From NCBI GenBank assembly GCA_002633005.1, contig NMRA01000237.1:186001-250000 (forward strand): a stretch of DNA of 64,000 nucleotides. Direction: 5' to 3'. This document shows positions 51,870-64,000 of the stretch, piece by piece. The stretch's first letter is position 1. Every line of letters starts with the position of its first letter. The position numbers and the translations under genes were made by a program. This DNA comes from Phoronis australis. Lineage: Eukaryota; Animalia; Phoronida. The notes below the pieces were generated by a model that had not been told where the DNA came from, searched no databases, and was given only the letters and a program-made list of their open reading frames with translations.

Positions 51870-52131
51870 TGGTAAAGTCTCACCAATTTTGAACAAAAAT
51901 AGTTGCTAAAATATCTTATTTTTCAGTCTCTAAACGTTGCCAATTGAATGGCTGTGAATTGTCGCAATGTTTTTCAAAATATTTATCTGTTGGTGACTGT
52001 GGTACAAAATTTCATCATGAGCGAGAGATTATTTTCCAATTGATACAATGCATGTTTTATGAAAATAATTGGTCAGAGTGAAATTTCACTTGTCTAACAT
52101 CTCTTGTATCTTAACTAGCGAGGCTTTACCA
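51870..52131. mobile_element. Second copy of the TGGTAAAG MITE
   Basis: tatggtaaagtctcaccaattttgaacaaaaatag ... gcgaggctttacca. Confidence 0.65.
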
Positions 52132-54470
52132 TTATGCTATTGTCCTAGATAATTGAGTTAGAATTTTGGAGACACCAGTGGAAAATTATTTTTACCTTGA
52201 AATTTTAAGTTGTGTTTTGATTGAAAATCATATTTGTTTCTAGTGAAAATTATGCGCAAAGTGATACATGTCAGTGCTTTCATTGTGAAAAGTTTCCCTT
52301 CATTTGAAAATTGGGAACTGGAAATTTCCCTTTTCCAGTGGGATACTGTTATGTCATTCTGTTGTTTTTTGCCACTTAAATTTTTCTGTTACATACTAGC
52401 GAGTTGCATTACTCATATAAAAAATATGAAATTGTTCTTCATTTGCCTGACTCAGCTCTGAAGTCTGTTAACTTTTTGAAAGCTCTGTAGTTATACCGGT
52501 AATATGCGTATTGCTACCTTCACTAAAGAAGGAAATGTGGCATTAAGGAAACCCCTTGATTCTTTAGTTACTCTGTGTTTGACACCAATAATAAAATGGA
52601 GGACCATACTTGCAATCTTGCAAACTAAATGTGTGATTGTAGATAGTATTTTAACATTGTATGTTTTTCAATGACTACCAAGAACTATCAAGTCTATTTT
52701 CTGGCTGTTGATACCAAATGCAGTGTCAAAAATATGAGAAATATGATGAATGCGAAAATAGCCATGTCTCAATTTTTGGAATCAAGAAAGCTTAATTTCT
52801 GCTTCAATTTCAGTGTTCTAAATCTTAGACACTGTCCCAAACTAGAGAATTCTTGTAAGTCCTGGGTTGTCAATTAGGAGACCAATATTACCTGTTTATA
52901 GCTAGCACAATAGTAATGGTAATCTATGTGGCTAATAAGCCTACTACCACCCTATTTACTCTGCTGGTTGAGCTGGAAAGAATCACCTTGGTTGAATGAG
53001 GTTAAGTTACCTGGTTTATTTGTAAAGTGTCTGCATACTGCCCCCATTAAGTTTGTGTGTACAGTAATAAGGCTTGAGACATCATTCTGGTTTACATTAT
53101 GTAATATGATTTTATATGATGTGACCTTTGGTGTAGCATTCTCAGGGAGTTAATGCTGAGGAAGGATGTTTAGACCCCTTCTACTTAGAACTTGTGTAGT
53201 GTATGGGATGGTTGGATGTTTCTGACGAGAGGATGTTGGTTTTGTCTTTTTAACTCTCACAGTTTGGGAGAATTTAATTCCACTGTTGATGGAAGTTTTA
53301 GTGTTCATGGTTTGAACCAGGGGATTGAATGTCAGCGACATGGGGTGGCCCTGAGATTCAAAGGGTAAAAAATGTAGGATGGGATATTTTACAAGTTTGT
53401 TGTGAGCGGGTTTTGGTGATCATTGAAGTTGAAGTTTGTTGGGAAAGTTTGACAATGGAAAAGAGGTAGAGTACATTTTCTGAAACATCTGTTTTGAGTT
53501 GGACTTTATGAATACTTGTTTTAGATTATCTTGAGATGTTTCTTTTTCAAGTGTCTTGAACTCATTGACAAGTTAATTTCTTTTGAAGATCTTTGTAAAA
53601 GTAGATTGCATTTGATAGTACAGTGTTTTACTACAAGCCTGTTTATGGAGAAGTGACCTAGTCTAGCATACCACACTATTTCCCACGATTTAATTAATTC
53701 CAATACTTATAGTCTCTAAGCTTTTATATCCAGAATTATAAATTGAAGGCATAATACTTAGAAACTTTTGCTAAGCTGTGATGCACTGACAGTTACGTTG
53801 CAAAAATTTTCAGTAAACGTTCTGATAATGTAAGGCAAAATTCTTTATGGCTTAAACTATAAGTCACTTTTCATGATTCGGACCGTGTGTCTCAAAAGTC
53901 TTGTACTGACTGTATTTTTGCCATCACTTAAAACTGTAATTTTTCCACGTCTTTTTTGTTATATTGCCCGTCTGGACTTGTTTGTCTGTAGTCAGGCAGC
54001 CTGTGCATTTCTGCTATTCTTTCTTTCAAGCACTTACTGCACCATCTTGAGAAAGGCCTGTCTGGATACTAAACGTCAAGAAGTTTTTAATACAAAAATT
54101 TAGTGTTTTTAATTTATACAATGACTCCTTGAACTGAATACAGTTCATTGTTTTGTGTACATAACTTGAAATACCTAACTTATAATACAGTACATGACAA
54201 AAGTTATCAGGCTTAATACCATTTTCTGTCATAATGGCTAATTATGTTAACAGCAAAAATGACAGGTAATAACTATTATGACTGCAAAATTCTAATTACA
54301 GAAGGGTTAATTACATCACTAACTTTCTTGATAATTCCCTTTCATTTTCAGTCATTAGGGACGGCTACTCTGTCTTCCACCCAGTCGTCAAGATGGGGGA
54401 ATTCTGGGTCATTTTGTGTGAATTGGCGTGTACTGTGTGTAGCTTTAAATTTCACCTACTTTCTATTAAG

Positions 54471-54758
54471 GTATTGGCAATATCCCAGAATTCCTCATGA
54501 CTGTAGAGACACAGGATGTGACAGATGGCCAAGTGGCTGACTTCTCAGTTGAGGTTGTCGGTGAACCAAAGCCAGAGGTATTCTGGGAGCTAAACGGGCA
54601 GAGACTGGCAGACGAAGGCCGTTACATGATCTTCGAGGAAGAGGGTCTGCATCACTTGGAAATCTACGATGTAACAGCGGCTGATGCCGGTGACTATGTC
54701 GCCATCGCCGAAAATCCACTGGGCAGAGTCACGTGCTCTGCACCTTTGAAAGTAACAG
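54471..54758 (+). CDS. Ig domain 12
   Basis: ctattaag|GT; IPEFLMT...ADAGDYVAIAENPLG; ACAG|gtgata. Confidence 0.92.
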
Positions 54759-55100
54759 GTGATATGTGTTGCAGTACAACAATTTTTTCAACCATATTTT
54801 ATTGCCTTTTCCTTAAAAACATTAATAAGAATGCCTTTGTCATTGCCAGCAGTCAATTGGGCAGTTTTGAGTGATTGAACCAGTTATCGGTGATGTTTTT
54901 CCCTCTTCTACTGTTTGTCATCTATCTTTTTACAGAATCTGGCAAACTAAGTTCATTACAAAAACATTTTGACCCTCATAAAACCTGCAAAAATGATTAT
55001 AAAGTTTTGAAGCATGTTTAATAAAATTGTCTTCAACTAAAAATTTTCTTTGTCTTCATTTCCCACATCATTCTTCATATTCTTGTGATGGATGTTTTAG

Positions 55101-55412
55101 CTAAACCAGAACAAGCGGAACCCCTGGAGGCGCCAACGTTCATTGTCGCCATCCAGACCGCGGAAACTGGGGAAGGCAACGTCGCTGAATTCAACTGTGC
55201 CGCCTCTGGCCACCCAAGCCCGCGCATTCTCTGGTACAAAGATGGCAAGGAGCTCCAGACAGGCGAACACTCCATCACCATAATCTGTAATGAGGATGGT
55301 TCCAGCACACTGCGTGTGGAGCCGGTGTTGGAAGAACATGTTGGAGTGTACACGGCTGAAGCCGTCAACGAGGCTGGAAAGACGGAGTGTACTGCTGAGC
55401 TCAAGCTGCCTG
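55101..55412 (+). CDS. Ig domain 13
   Basis: gttttag|CT; APTFIVAI...EHVGVYTAEAVNEAG; CCTG|gtgaga. Confidence 0.92.
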
Positions 55413-56042
55413 GTGAGACAGTAGTTTTCAAAATAAATTGAACAGATCATTGTGGGCTGGGCTATTCAAAACCCATAAGGAGCAAGTTATAAAACAATTG
55501 TCTTCTTAGCCAGAGCCGTAAACTCTTTGTGCTGTGTATACTTGCACAGGCCAACTGGGACAGTTGCATGACTTAAGAGAAGTGTTCACAAAGAACTACT
55601 TTCAGTGACCTTGCATGTCAGTTTCAAAAGGCTAATTGTCTTTGAATAGCTCTGATGATTTACAATTCTCTGTGAATTTCTATGCCACTGTGCAGATTAG
55701 TTATAGTTTGTAGTTTCTTCAATTATGCCCTCAAAAGAATTGCAAAAACTGATATTTTCATTTTTCAAATCAGTTACAAAAGCTGAAAAAATAACCATGT
55801 ACTGTCTGCTTAATTTTAAATGTGTAAATTTCTCTTTTTATCTGGTTTCGTTGGTAAAGTGAATTCACTCTGCCACTGCCAAGTTGTGTTCTTCTAAATT
55901 GGAAAAACTCACTGCAATCAACAACAAACTATATACTGTTATAGCATTTTGTAGTAAAGTGATTGTTTGATAATTTTCCTTTGTTTACTGTTTTATTTGT
56001 GGAGCAAAGGGTGAGTCATGATGAGCTGTTTGTTTCTTCCAG

Positions 56043-56165
56043 AACCTGAAGAACCTACTATTCTGGTTGCTCCAGAATTCACCAAAGTTCCTGAGACTGT
56101 GCACGCCAAAGAGAAGGACACCGCTTCTGTCATAGTGCGAGTGACCGGTGAACCAAGACCTGAAG
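56043..56165 (+). CDS. Ig domain 14, N-half
   Basis: ttcttccag|AA; EPEEPTILVAPEFTKVPETVHAKEKDTASVIVRVTGEPRPE; G|gtattg. Not in the ORF track. Confidence 0.9.
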
Positions 56166-56886
56166 GTATTGTTTATTTTGACACTTAGTCCTAAAATGTA
56201 ATGAAAGAGCTGTATTATGTGATTTAGGTAGTGATCTTGACCTCTGGTGCTTTCTGTAATGCAAGTTACTTGTGAGAAACTTGCAGCTAAAAATTTTCAC
56301 TCACGGAATTGAAAATGTCAATTCACTCCCATAATGCAACATTGCAGCTTCGTCTACTCATAGTTGGTTATTGTGACCGAGTAACAATGAGGGCTTGTGG
56401 TATTCAAGATGGCAACCATACTAGCAAAATAAGTAACCCAACACTGACCAATTTCTTCATTGGTGGCCATTTTGCTAATCCTATACTTGTAAGGTCTCCA
56501 GCTTAATTTCAAAACACTCAGTTGTGGCTTGCGTGGTCTTGGGTGATCTCACTTTTCTTGCTGGAAACAGCTTTTCTTTCAATGAGAATTGGTATGGACT
56601 TAGTCCTTTAATTGGGGGTGTTGCATGGAAAGGTCCCTATTTATTTTCTACATAGAGTATACTCTCGGTGTGCATTAAATGTAAACTTTGACTTTGTAAT
56701 GAAACTTAAACAGCACAGGAAAGCACAATTAGTGTTTTCACAAGTCCACAAGTGTGGCGAAAAGTTATAGTTGAGTCCCAGTTTGGGTCTGTTTCATGCA
56801 ACATGGTCTGTTTTTAAGGAACGCGACTTAAGACTTATGACCAAAATTTGGTCTGATGTTCCCATGTCACAATTGTGGAATAAAGT

Positions 56887-57013
56887 TTTAGCTAAGTGAT
56901 TATTAGTGCATCATAGCCTTGAAATGATTTAGCTAAGTGATTATTAGTGCATCATAGCCTTGAAATGATTTAGCTAAGTGATTATTAGTGCATCATAGCC
57001 TTGAAATGATTTA
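56887..57013. repeat. Perfect 41-bp tandem repeat x3
   Basis: tttagctaagtgattattagtgcatcatagccttgaaatga; gctaag at 56891, 56932 and 56973. Confidence 0.95.
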
Positions 57014-58711
57014 TAGAAATCATGTCAGTAACTAGCAGCTATGTGTCACTGTGTACTCTCAGGGATTTTGCATTTTTGCTTAAGTGAATCACTTTTCATG
57101 AAATTTGGAAGTGTAGGATGAAATCTTTGTGATACTCGCTTGATTTTTATTTCCTCTTCCCTAGATTTGTCTTGTTTTTCATTTTTTACTAGAAACTTTT
57201 AAAACGAATAGCGGTGGTCACGCGTGTATTCCGAGTTTCATGTTTGATCGACCATGATGAAAAATGCGCCCAATTCACCTGAATCCTCTTTCAGTTAATT
57301 GATCCTTTGGTAATACCGTCCAGCTCTCCTCGTACTTATTTCTCTTCTTGGATTTTTATAATTACGTGATTCTTTGATGATTGTCGTGCATTGATAATTG
57401 TTATTATGATAATGCTCTTCATGCTGTTCACTAACGCCTTTTTTGGCAATAGTCACTCACAGGGTCCTGATTTTGAGAACCAGTTTGATGCCCGTTATTC
57501 AGTGGAGAAAATTGTTTCTTAAGATGTAGGACCCTTGTAAGTGACTATTACCATGTTTTTTAGCCTTCATATTTGAGTTTAGATTTCTATCTTTCTATAT
57601 ATTCTCTATTTCAAAACTAACACTTCGTGACTTTTACTAACTCCATGAACCTTGTATAAGAGCTTCCAGTTGGCATGTCTTGGAACATTAATTTAGTTTA
57701 AATTCTGTTTTTAGTCTTTGTAACAGTGTAACAGTGATCAAGATTTCAATTAATATATTTTGAATAAACTGTCATAGAAGGCCTTGAAAAGATTAAATTT
57801 TCATAGATTTTTTGTGACTGAAAACGGTGTTGGTTTATTTCGTATGACTTTATTTTATTTATGTCATGTAAGTAACTATGCTCACAGTTTACACAATTTA
57901 TTGATGGTTTTTAATTTGAAATCCATTTGAGCCATGAACTTAAGTTGATCATCCATATCTTTGTTGATGCATTTTCTGGAGAAAATGTTTATTTTAGGAT
58001 TTGTCAGATTAAATTCTGGAGCCAACTACTTCTGATCAATCTCCTACTCCAGATTGAGTGCAACCATTGTATAAAGTGAGATTGTGGTAGCTCTCTGAAA
58101 CCCAAACATTTTTTGCAGAGTTATTTCCCTTACATAGACACGGTTCAGCAAGCTAAAAATTATGCAAATGAACCTTTCAAAATACAGTGATATGCCAACA
58201 ATTTCGGACGTAAATAAGCGCCAAAGTTGATCTTATTTTATTTTCAAAGGTTTCTAACATTGTTGTGGATATCCTCATTTTCTGACAACATTGCCTGAAT
58301 CTAGCTATGACATAGAACTTTAAAATGATAAAGCATTTATTTGGTGAAGCTAAATTATGAGAAAAATGAAAATATGACTGCCATTAACTGTCGAAAGTTT
58401 ACCCTAGATTCGTGGATAATTTGAGGCGATAGACTTACTCACATTTTATCAGAACTTGAATTGTTTCTTCCGACTTTTCGAGAATCAAATTTAAATGAAA
58501 TATTGAAATATATTCATGTCCTTATGCAATACTCGCACTACTTGTAAATCCACAATTTCACTTTAACAGTCAAGTCATTGTGTGACCACCTACAATTTGT
58601 GTTCATCCTTAGCATCAAACTGATAACTTGATCGTTGCTGATCCCAAGTTTTCACATTTTTCATCCCGTCCTGCTTGACCATTGATATCTTCTACTACCC
58701 CATCTACATAG

Positions 58712-58891
58712 TGTTGTGGTTCAGAAACGATGAACCCCTTGAAGCTTCGCTACAGTACCACATCGAAGACTACGCCGACACATATTGCTTTGAAATTAAT
58801 GTCTGTGATATGTCCGACTCTGGGGTGTACACGGCGGTCGCCAAGAACATCGCAGGCGAAGTGTCTACAAATATCCCCGTGGTTGTTAAAG
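58712..58891 (+). CDS. Ig domain 14, C-half
   Basis: ctacatag|TG; VLWFRND...SDSGVYTAVAKNIAG; AAAG|gtatcc. Confidence 0.9.
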
Positions 58892-59325
58892 GTATCCCTT
58901 CTTTGCCTTGTACCCATTTTCTGTAGACATCCCGTTTGTTTCTATTTCAAAACTCTGAGAGTGCATTTTTGCGATGTCTTGCCTGGAACATTATTCTCTG
59001 TGGTTTTGTATAGTGAGAGTGTTTTTTGTTGAGTTGATGTATGAAAAAAATTCCCTTGAGTTTTCAGTTATTGTTTGTAACTCCAGCTGTCTTGTGTAAT
59101 ATGTTTTGCTTGCTTTTATCCGTTTGTTTTTTTGTTTTTATCAATTGATGCACTGTGTCACCTATTACGTTACCCCCAATCCATTGTCCAATCAATCCTT
59201 TGTAACTTATTTTTGAAATTTCACAGCAACTCTTATACATCAGTGTTTGTAATCTGTGACGCGGTGAAATTGGCATCACTCTATGACAATTTCTAATTGA
59301 TTTTTCATCTGGATTGCTCCTTCAG

Positions 59326-59423
59326 AAATTGACCGTGAAGCACGGTTGACTGAATCCCCTCTGGTACTGAGACATGTTGAAGAGACGAATCCTCCTGTGT
59401 TCACACAAACTTTGACAGACCAG
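59326..59423 (+). CDS. Linker plus Ig domain 15, part 1
   Basis: ccttcag|AA; EIDREARLTESPLVLRHVEETNPPVFTQTLRDQ|gtaact. Confidence 0.88.
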
Positions 59424-59898
59424 GTAACTGGACTTTATTTGATGTAACTTATTACATTATTTGCCTGCTAATGGGTAGGTAATTAAGACATTTTGTGCCT
59501 CATAATGCACAGCAATGATTTCTTAATTATGGCCTTGATCTTTTGTTTTTGGTGTTCAAGAAATTATTTTTTGCTGATGAAATCAAATCAATTTCTTTAG
59601 GTACCAAAAATTTACAATTCTTAGAAGCAAGTGAAAAGTTGTATTTGCTTCAAAAATTGGATACTTTGTTTTTGGAAAATAAATAATTTTTGCTTATAAT
59701 TATTAGAATTCTTCTTGTCCATACCGAAAAATATGCCTCGATTACTTTGTTGGATAGGTGGTTTTTGTATTGCGTACAGCTTGCTTCGACATTGCTACAT
59801 GTGCAGTATTTGTGCTTTTTTAGAAAATAAATCACTTGATATTGGATTAATTAATTAACAGCTTCCAATGACATTGAAAATTGTCCGTTGAATTTCAG

Positions 59899-59975
59899 AA
59901 TGTTACAGAAGGTGGGAATCTCAAGTTGTCCTGTGTTGTGTGTGGTGTACCTAGACCTGATGTCACATGGTTGAG
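59899..59975 (+). CDS. Ig domain 15, part 2
   Basis: atttcag|AAT; NVTEGGNLKLSCVVCGVPRPDVTWL; AG|gtacgg. Confidence 0.9.
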
Positions 59976-60782
59976 GTACGGTCTGATTTTAATTACGGTA
60001 AAACCTATCGTTTAAGAAATAGCTTTGGTATTTAACTTGAACATGGTAAAACTTATATTTTGAGCTACCTATGATTTTGAAAGAAGCGAGAAAGTAAAAT
60101 TTCGCTTGTTCGACATTTTGTGTTATAAATTAGATTGACTTAGTACTTGGCTTAATTTACAATTTTTGGCATTTCCAAAAGCCTGGGAATGTTATGCTGA
60201 AGCAAGGGGTCAATTATCAATGTGCAATTTCTAAGTTTTGAAAGAAATTTCAGTAAAAATCATTTGTAGTGGGAGGGAAATCAGCATTTTTATAGGATTT
60301 GTTCTTGGTTGGGTAGGGGTGAGACCAAAAATTCTATATTTTATGCTTTTAGTACTGTTGATTATTATGGACAATGCTTAGGTATACTAATTTTCAAATT
60401 TTTATGCGTAAGTAAATAATGACCTATCGTAATTTACTTACGCGCTAATTTTAAAGTTCGTGCTTCTGTTCTAGCCTAAATCAAATGTGATAAATTTTCA
60501 ATTTCTTATGGAATCAGTATCTGCTCTGAGAGCCACGCTCTTGTTCTGATGGAATTGAATGAAACTTTTTAACATTGTTTAGAAGCATGTTGACAAATCT
60601 ATATATAAACAGTCAGGCACTGTACATAATGTCTGTTGACTGATTTTGTTCGCAGAATGAAATGCTTTCAAACCTCAGATTGTGTAATGTTAAAATTATT
60701 TAAGTTATCAAAGACAACTAACAATTATATGAATTAATGGAAATGAACATTGTTTCATTTTTGTCATCATACTTTTCCACAG

Positions 60783-60949
60783 GCATGACCAGGTGATCCC
60801 AGCAGGTGACCTGGTTTCCATGACGAGGGAGGGTGACAACTGTGTGCTTATTGTGCGCAGGATGACTGAAAACATTGGTGGTGCTTACACCTGCAGGGCT
60901 GTCAACTCCGCTGGAGAGTCCACCACTTCAGCTCATGTTACTGTCCTTG
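60783..60949 (+). CDS. Ig domain 15, part 3
   Basis: ttccacag|G; HDQVIP...GGAYTCRAVNSAG...VTVL; G|gtaaga. Confidence 0.9.
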
Positions 60950-61383
60950 GTAAGACTGAAGTTTGTAAAGGCTATTATATGTAGGAGTCTTCACTTAGGG
61001 CTCTAAAGAATAGTGATAGCAAGCAAGTGGGAGATTTTTTCCCTGCGTCAAAATTGAAATATACCTGGCCAGTGAGGGGGAGTGTTAGGAGTGTTGGCTA
61101 TTAGGGGTTAGCAAACTTTGAAAATGTTTGTGCTCTCAATAATTGCTGCCCTCTTACAGGGTTCAGAGGGGTTAAAAAGTACAGTTTTATTTTGTTGGCG
61201 TCCCTCAAAAAATAATAAAATGGTGTCGTGTATACTATGGATGTGTCACCCTACAACAGTTGGTGAATTTTTAAGCCTATGAAAATTTATTATGGTAAGA
61301 CTTCCTTTATAATAAACTGATCTACCAAAATTTTGGTACATTCGTCAGACCGTTTGCTTACCACAAAATGTAATTATTTTCAG

Positions 61384-61683
61384 AGAAAACAGAATCTCCT
61401 GAATTCATCCGTCATCTGTCAGATTGGACATGCCGAGAGACAAAATCCATCCGCTTTGACTGCACTGTTTCTGGCCTGCCCATGCCAGAGGTCACATGGT
61501 TCATCGGAGAGCAGCAACTGCTTCCAGATGATCGCATCTCATTTGAGTCAACTCAAGTCTTGGACGGCATGACCCACTCGCTCCATATAGCCTCGTGTGT
61601 TATGGAGGATTGTGGGATAGTGCGAGCTGTGGCCACTAACTGTGCTGGTGAAGCCGTGACTAAAGCCAATCTGGTGGTGGAAA
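61384..61683 (+). CDS. Ig domain 16
   Basis: attttcag|AG; SPEFIRHL...FDCTVSGLPMPEVTWF...ATNCAG; GAAA|gtaggt. Confidence 0.92.
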
Positions 61684-62519
61684 GTAGGTTTAACCTTAGC
61701 CATTTTTCAACTTTGAATATCAGGAACCAGGGTCTATTCTCTGTGCTCAGACTCAAGTTGTATCCAGACTTGAAATTTGACCAATTGTAATGCCAGATTC
61801 GAGTACATATTTGCAAGCTGACTCGAAATATGTCATGTAAATGGTCAGTTGTCAAGCTGAGTTTTGAGTACAGAGATAGACCTTAAGTCCCGGCCTGTGT
61901 TCAGCTACTATATCTTAATAAGATCATGCAAGATCACGGTGTTGTAATGCATGGTCTAGAATCATGGATTCTGGGAGAAAATAATTTGATGCTATGGAAA
62001 AATCGTGCAGCAAATATCTCGCCAATGACTTATGAAGCACACCTTGGAACTGATATTCAGTTGTAGTTGTCATATTTGGGCATGGGATAATTATCCAAAA
62101 TCTGTGTGTTCTCCAAACAGAGGTTACATTCAGATATCTTAGCTCGTTTATTGACAGTTTCAGAAGAATTAAGTTTAATCGCTATTTCATTTCATGTTGC
62201 CTTACCGAACTTTTATTATCATGCTGTGGTCTCATTAACTCCCCACACAGTGCAGAAGTTGCAAACTTCAAACTGGTGTCAGCTTAGTAGGAGTGAATCT
62301 TTCTGTTGAAGTAATCAGTCAACTACATTGAGTGTGTAGATGCTAGTTCTCCATTTTAAGAAACAAAGAGTTCCATCAACAAGCATGCACCAAAATCATG
62401 GGATTCCATGATGGCACTGCATGGGTCTTTAACGTCTTTGTTTGTTTGTAATATTCATAACATGAATACATAAATTCTACGGGCTTAACATTTTCATTTC
62501 CTTCTTGTTATTATTACAG

Positions 62520-62807
62520 TGAAGAAAGAATCTCTCAAGTTCATCAAGAAACCCGAACCAGCAGAAGTACTGGAGTACGACACAGTTCGCTTCGAATGTC
62601 AGGTGACGGGAAGACCTGAGCCAGTGATTCGCTGGTTCCGTGGTGAGACAGAGTTGTTTCCATCGGACACCATCACTATGGAGACTGTTGACAATGTCCA
62701 TTCTCTGACTCTTACTCGTGTGAGAACAACAGATGCTGGTTTGTATTCTGTGAAGGCAACCAATGAGTCAGGAGAACAGAATGCCATGGCCAGGTTGCGA
62801 GTGACTG
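62520..62807 (+). CDS. Ig domain 17
   Basis: attacag|TG; LKFIKKP...DAGLYSVKATNESG; ACTG|gtaagt. Confidence 0.93.
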
Positions 62808-63520
62808 GTAAGTGAAAACTACGGGTGCTCTCAATATCAGATGTCTTTTGCAAAATACTTGCAACAAGATGCTGTGGCATGTACGATGGAAGAATGAACA
62901 ATGTGGGCTTTGAATACTGCTTTAATCACGCTTAAAAATCAATGTTTGATGTTCCTATCTATTTAATTTTTCAATGACAGCCATTTTGCACCAGTCCTTA
63001 AAATCAAAAGCTTAGTCATGAAGCACAAGTAAGTCATATGTTATTTAATGTACACCTGAGCTTGTGCTATAGGCATTGATGGATCATCAACTGAAAGGTT
63101 GGCTTACAGTGTGAGATTTGGTCGTTGTGTTGCTAGGTGTCAGTATTCGTATCTCTTTTATGTAAATAAAACAACAAGAATGGATCAACTGAAATTTTGG
63201 GATGTAATAACGTCCTTTGTCAACAGAAACAGAAATAAAGTAAAATCAAACACTATATGACAATTCACATTTAAGATATGGCGTAATGAATATGATACAT
63301 TTTTGCGTAAAAAATTCAATGATATAATTACAAATTTTTAATGTTATGGCATTTTGCAATATGCTATTAAAGTCTGTCTATTTCCTGCAATTTTGCAACA
63401 TAAACTAATACAGCAAGGTTTAATAAAGAAATATGTATAGTACTGCATATAAAAGTTTATATTCAGTACTTTACATATTTCTTTATTAAATCTTGCTGTA
63501 TAATTTTATTTCCTTCGCAG

Positions 63521-63862
63521 CTGTCAAACCTCCCAAGTTCTTGGACACACCCAAACAGACCCAAGTCCCTGAACTAGGTACCCTCACCTCTAAGTGCAAG
63601 GTGTCTGGTTTCCCTTCTCCCGTGGTCTCTTGGTATCTCAATGGACAAGAACTGTTACCATCCGAACTCGTCAAATTTGATATCACCAAAAAAGACAACG
63701 GCTACTCACTCATACTGCAAGAGTGCAATCCGTCAATGACTGGAACGGTTAAGATCGTTGCTAGGAACAATGGTGGCGAAGTCAGTGCAGAGTTCCCTCT
63801 GTTGGTGAAAGGCCGTGCTCCTACGTTTATTGAGAAGCCGATAAAATGTACCGCATTGACAG
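63521..63862 (+). CDS. Ig domain 18 plus start of Ig domain 19
   Basis: ccttcgcag|CT; PPKFLDTP...ARNNGG...RAPTFIEKP; ACAG|gtaaga. Confidence 0.92.
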
Positions 63863-64000
63863 GTAAGATATCCACAGAATCAACCATACTTCTTTTAGTG
63901 ACTGAAATGAAGAGCAGGTTAATTCCAACTTAAGTGAGTCTAGTCTTCAGCTATATCAATTGGTCAGTTCTTGAGCTCAGAAATCACTTGTAATTTGAAT

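Larger units (their letters stand above)
1..63862 (+). other. Partial giant titin/connectin-family gene (Sallimus/I-connectin-like): 33 exons, 18 Ig domains plus SH3, DFRxxL module and acidic repeat spacers; both ends outside the window
   Basis: All exons below join in frame through GT-AG sites with matching phases (summed length 25,657 nt = 8,552 codons + 1). Repeated I-set Ig signature (P.F...L......G..v.l.C.V.G.P.P.V.W ... D.G.Y.c.A.N..G). No Fn3 or kinase domain in the window. Confidence 0.9.

Noticed and set aside
52950-53530. G/T-skewed intronic stretch, possible internal promoter or retroelement fragment
   Set aside because: No recognisable ORF homology, termini or splice-compatible exon.
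56887-57013. 41-bp x3 repeat as a CRISPR array
   Set aside because: Head-to-tail copies with no spacers; a simple recent tandem duplication.
60406-60443. 12-bp inverted repeat gcgtaagtaaat / atttacttacgc
   Set aside because: Short isolated hairpin, probably part of a decayed repeat; no function can be supported.

Overview
Eukaryotic, AT-rich invertebrate-like genomic DNA. The whole window is the interior of one giant + strand muscle gene of the titin/connectin (Sallimus/I-connectin-like) family; the main exon chain shows neither a start nor a stop codon. I reconstructed 33 phase-compatible GT-AG exons totalling about 25.66 kb (about 8,550 aa). They encode 18 complete I-set Ig domains plus the start of a 19th, one SH3 domain, and three giant acidic (E/V/T/S/D-rich) spacer exons of at least 4.3 kb, 8.7 kb and 6.5 kb. 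The spacers carry 45-aa repeats, a 6x45-aa higher-order repeat, and 60/61-aa repeats. The most notable signal is absent from the ORF track: two small exons (33673-33805 and 35693-35773) encode three DFRxxL motifs, the F-actin-binding motif of smooth-muscle MLCK, interleaved with PKA-type RRxS sites; the second exon is frame-symmetric and skippable. Introns hold several MITE families, a Helentron/HINE-like tandem array, minisatellites, a palindromic element with decayed hammerhead-like motifs, and candidate alternative terminal exons. Exon limits were inferred by eye from splice signals and frame only; species and orthology cannot be fixed from sequence alone.
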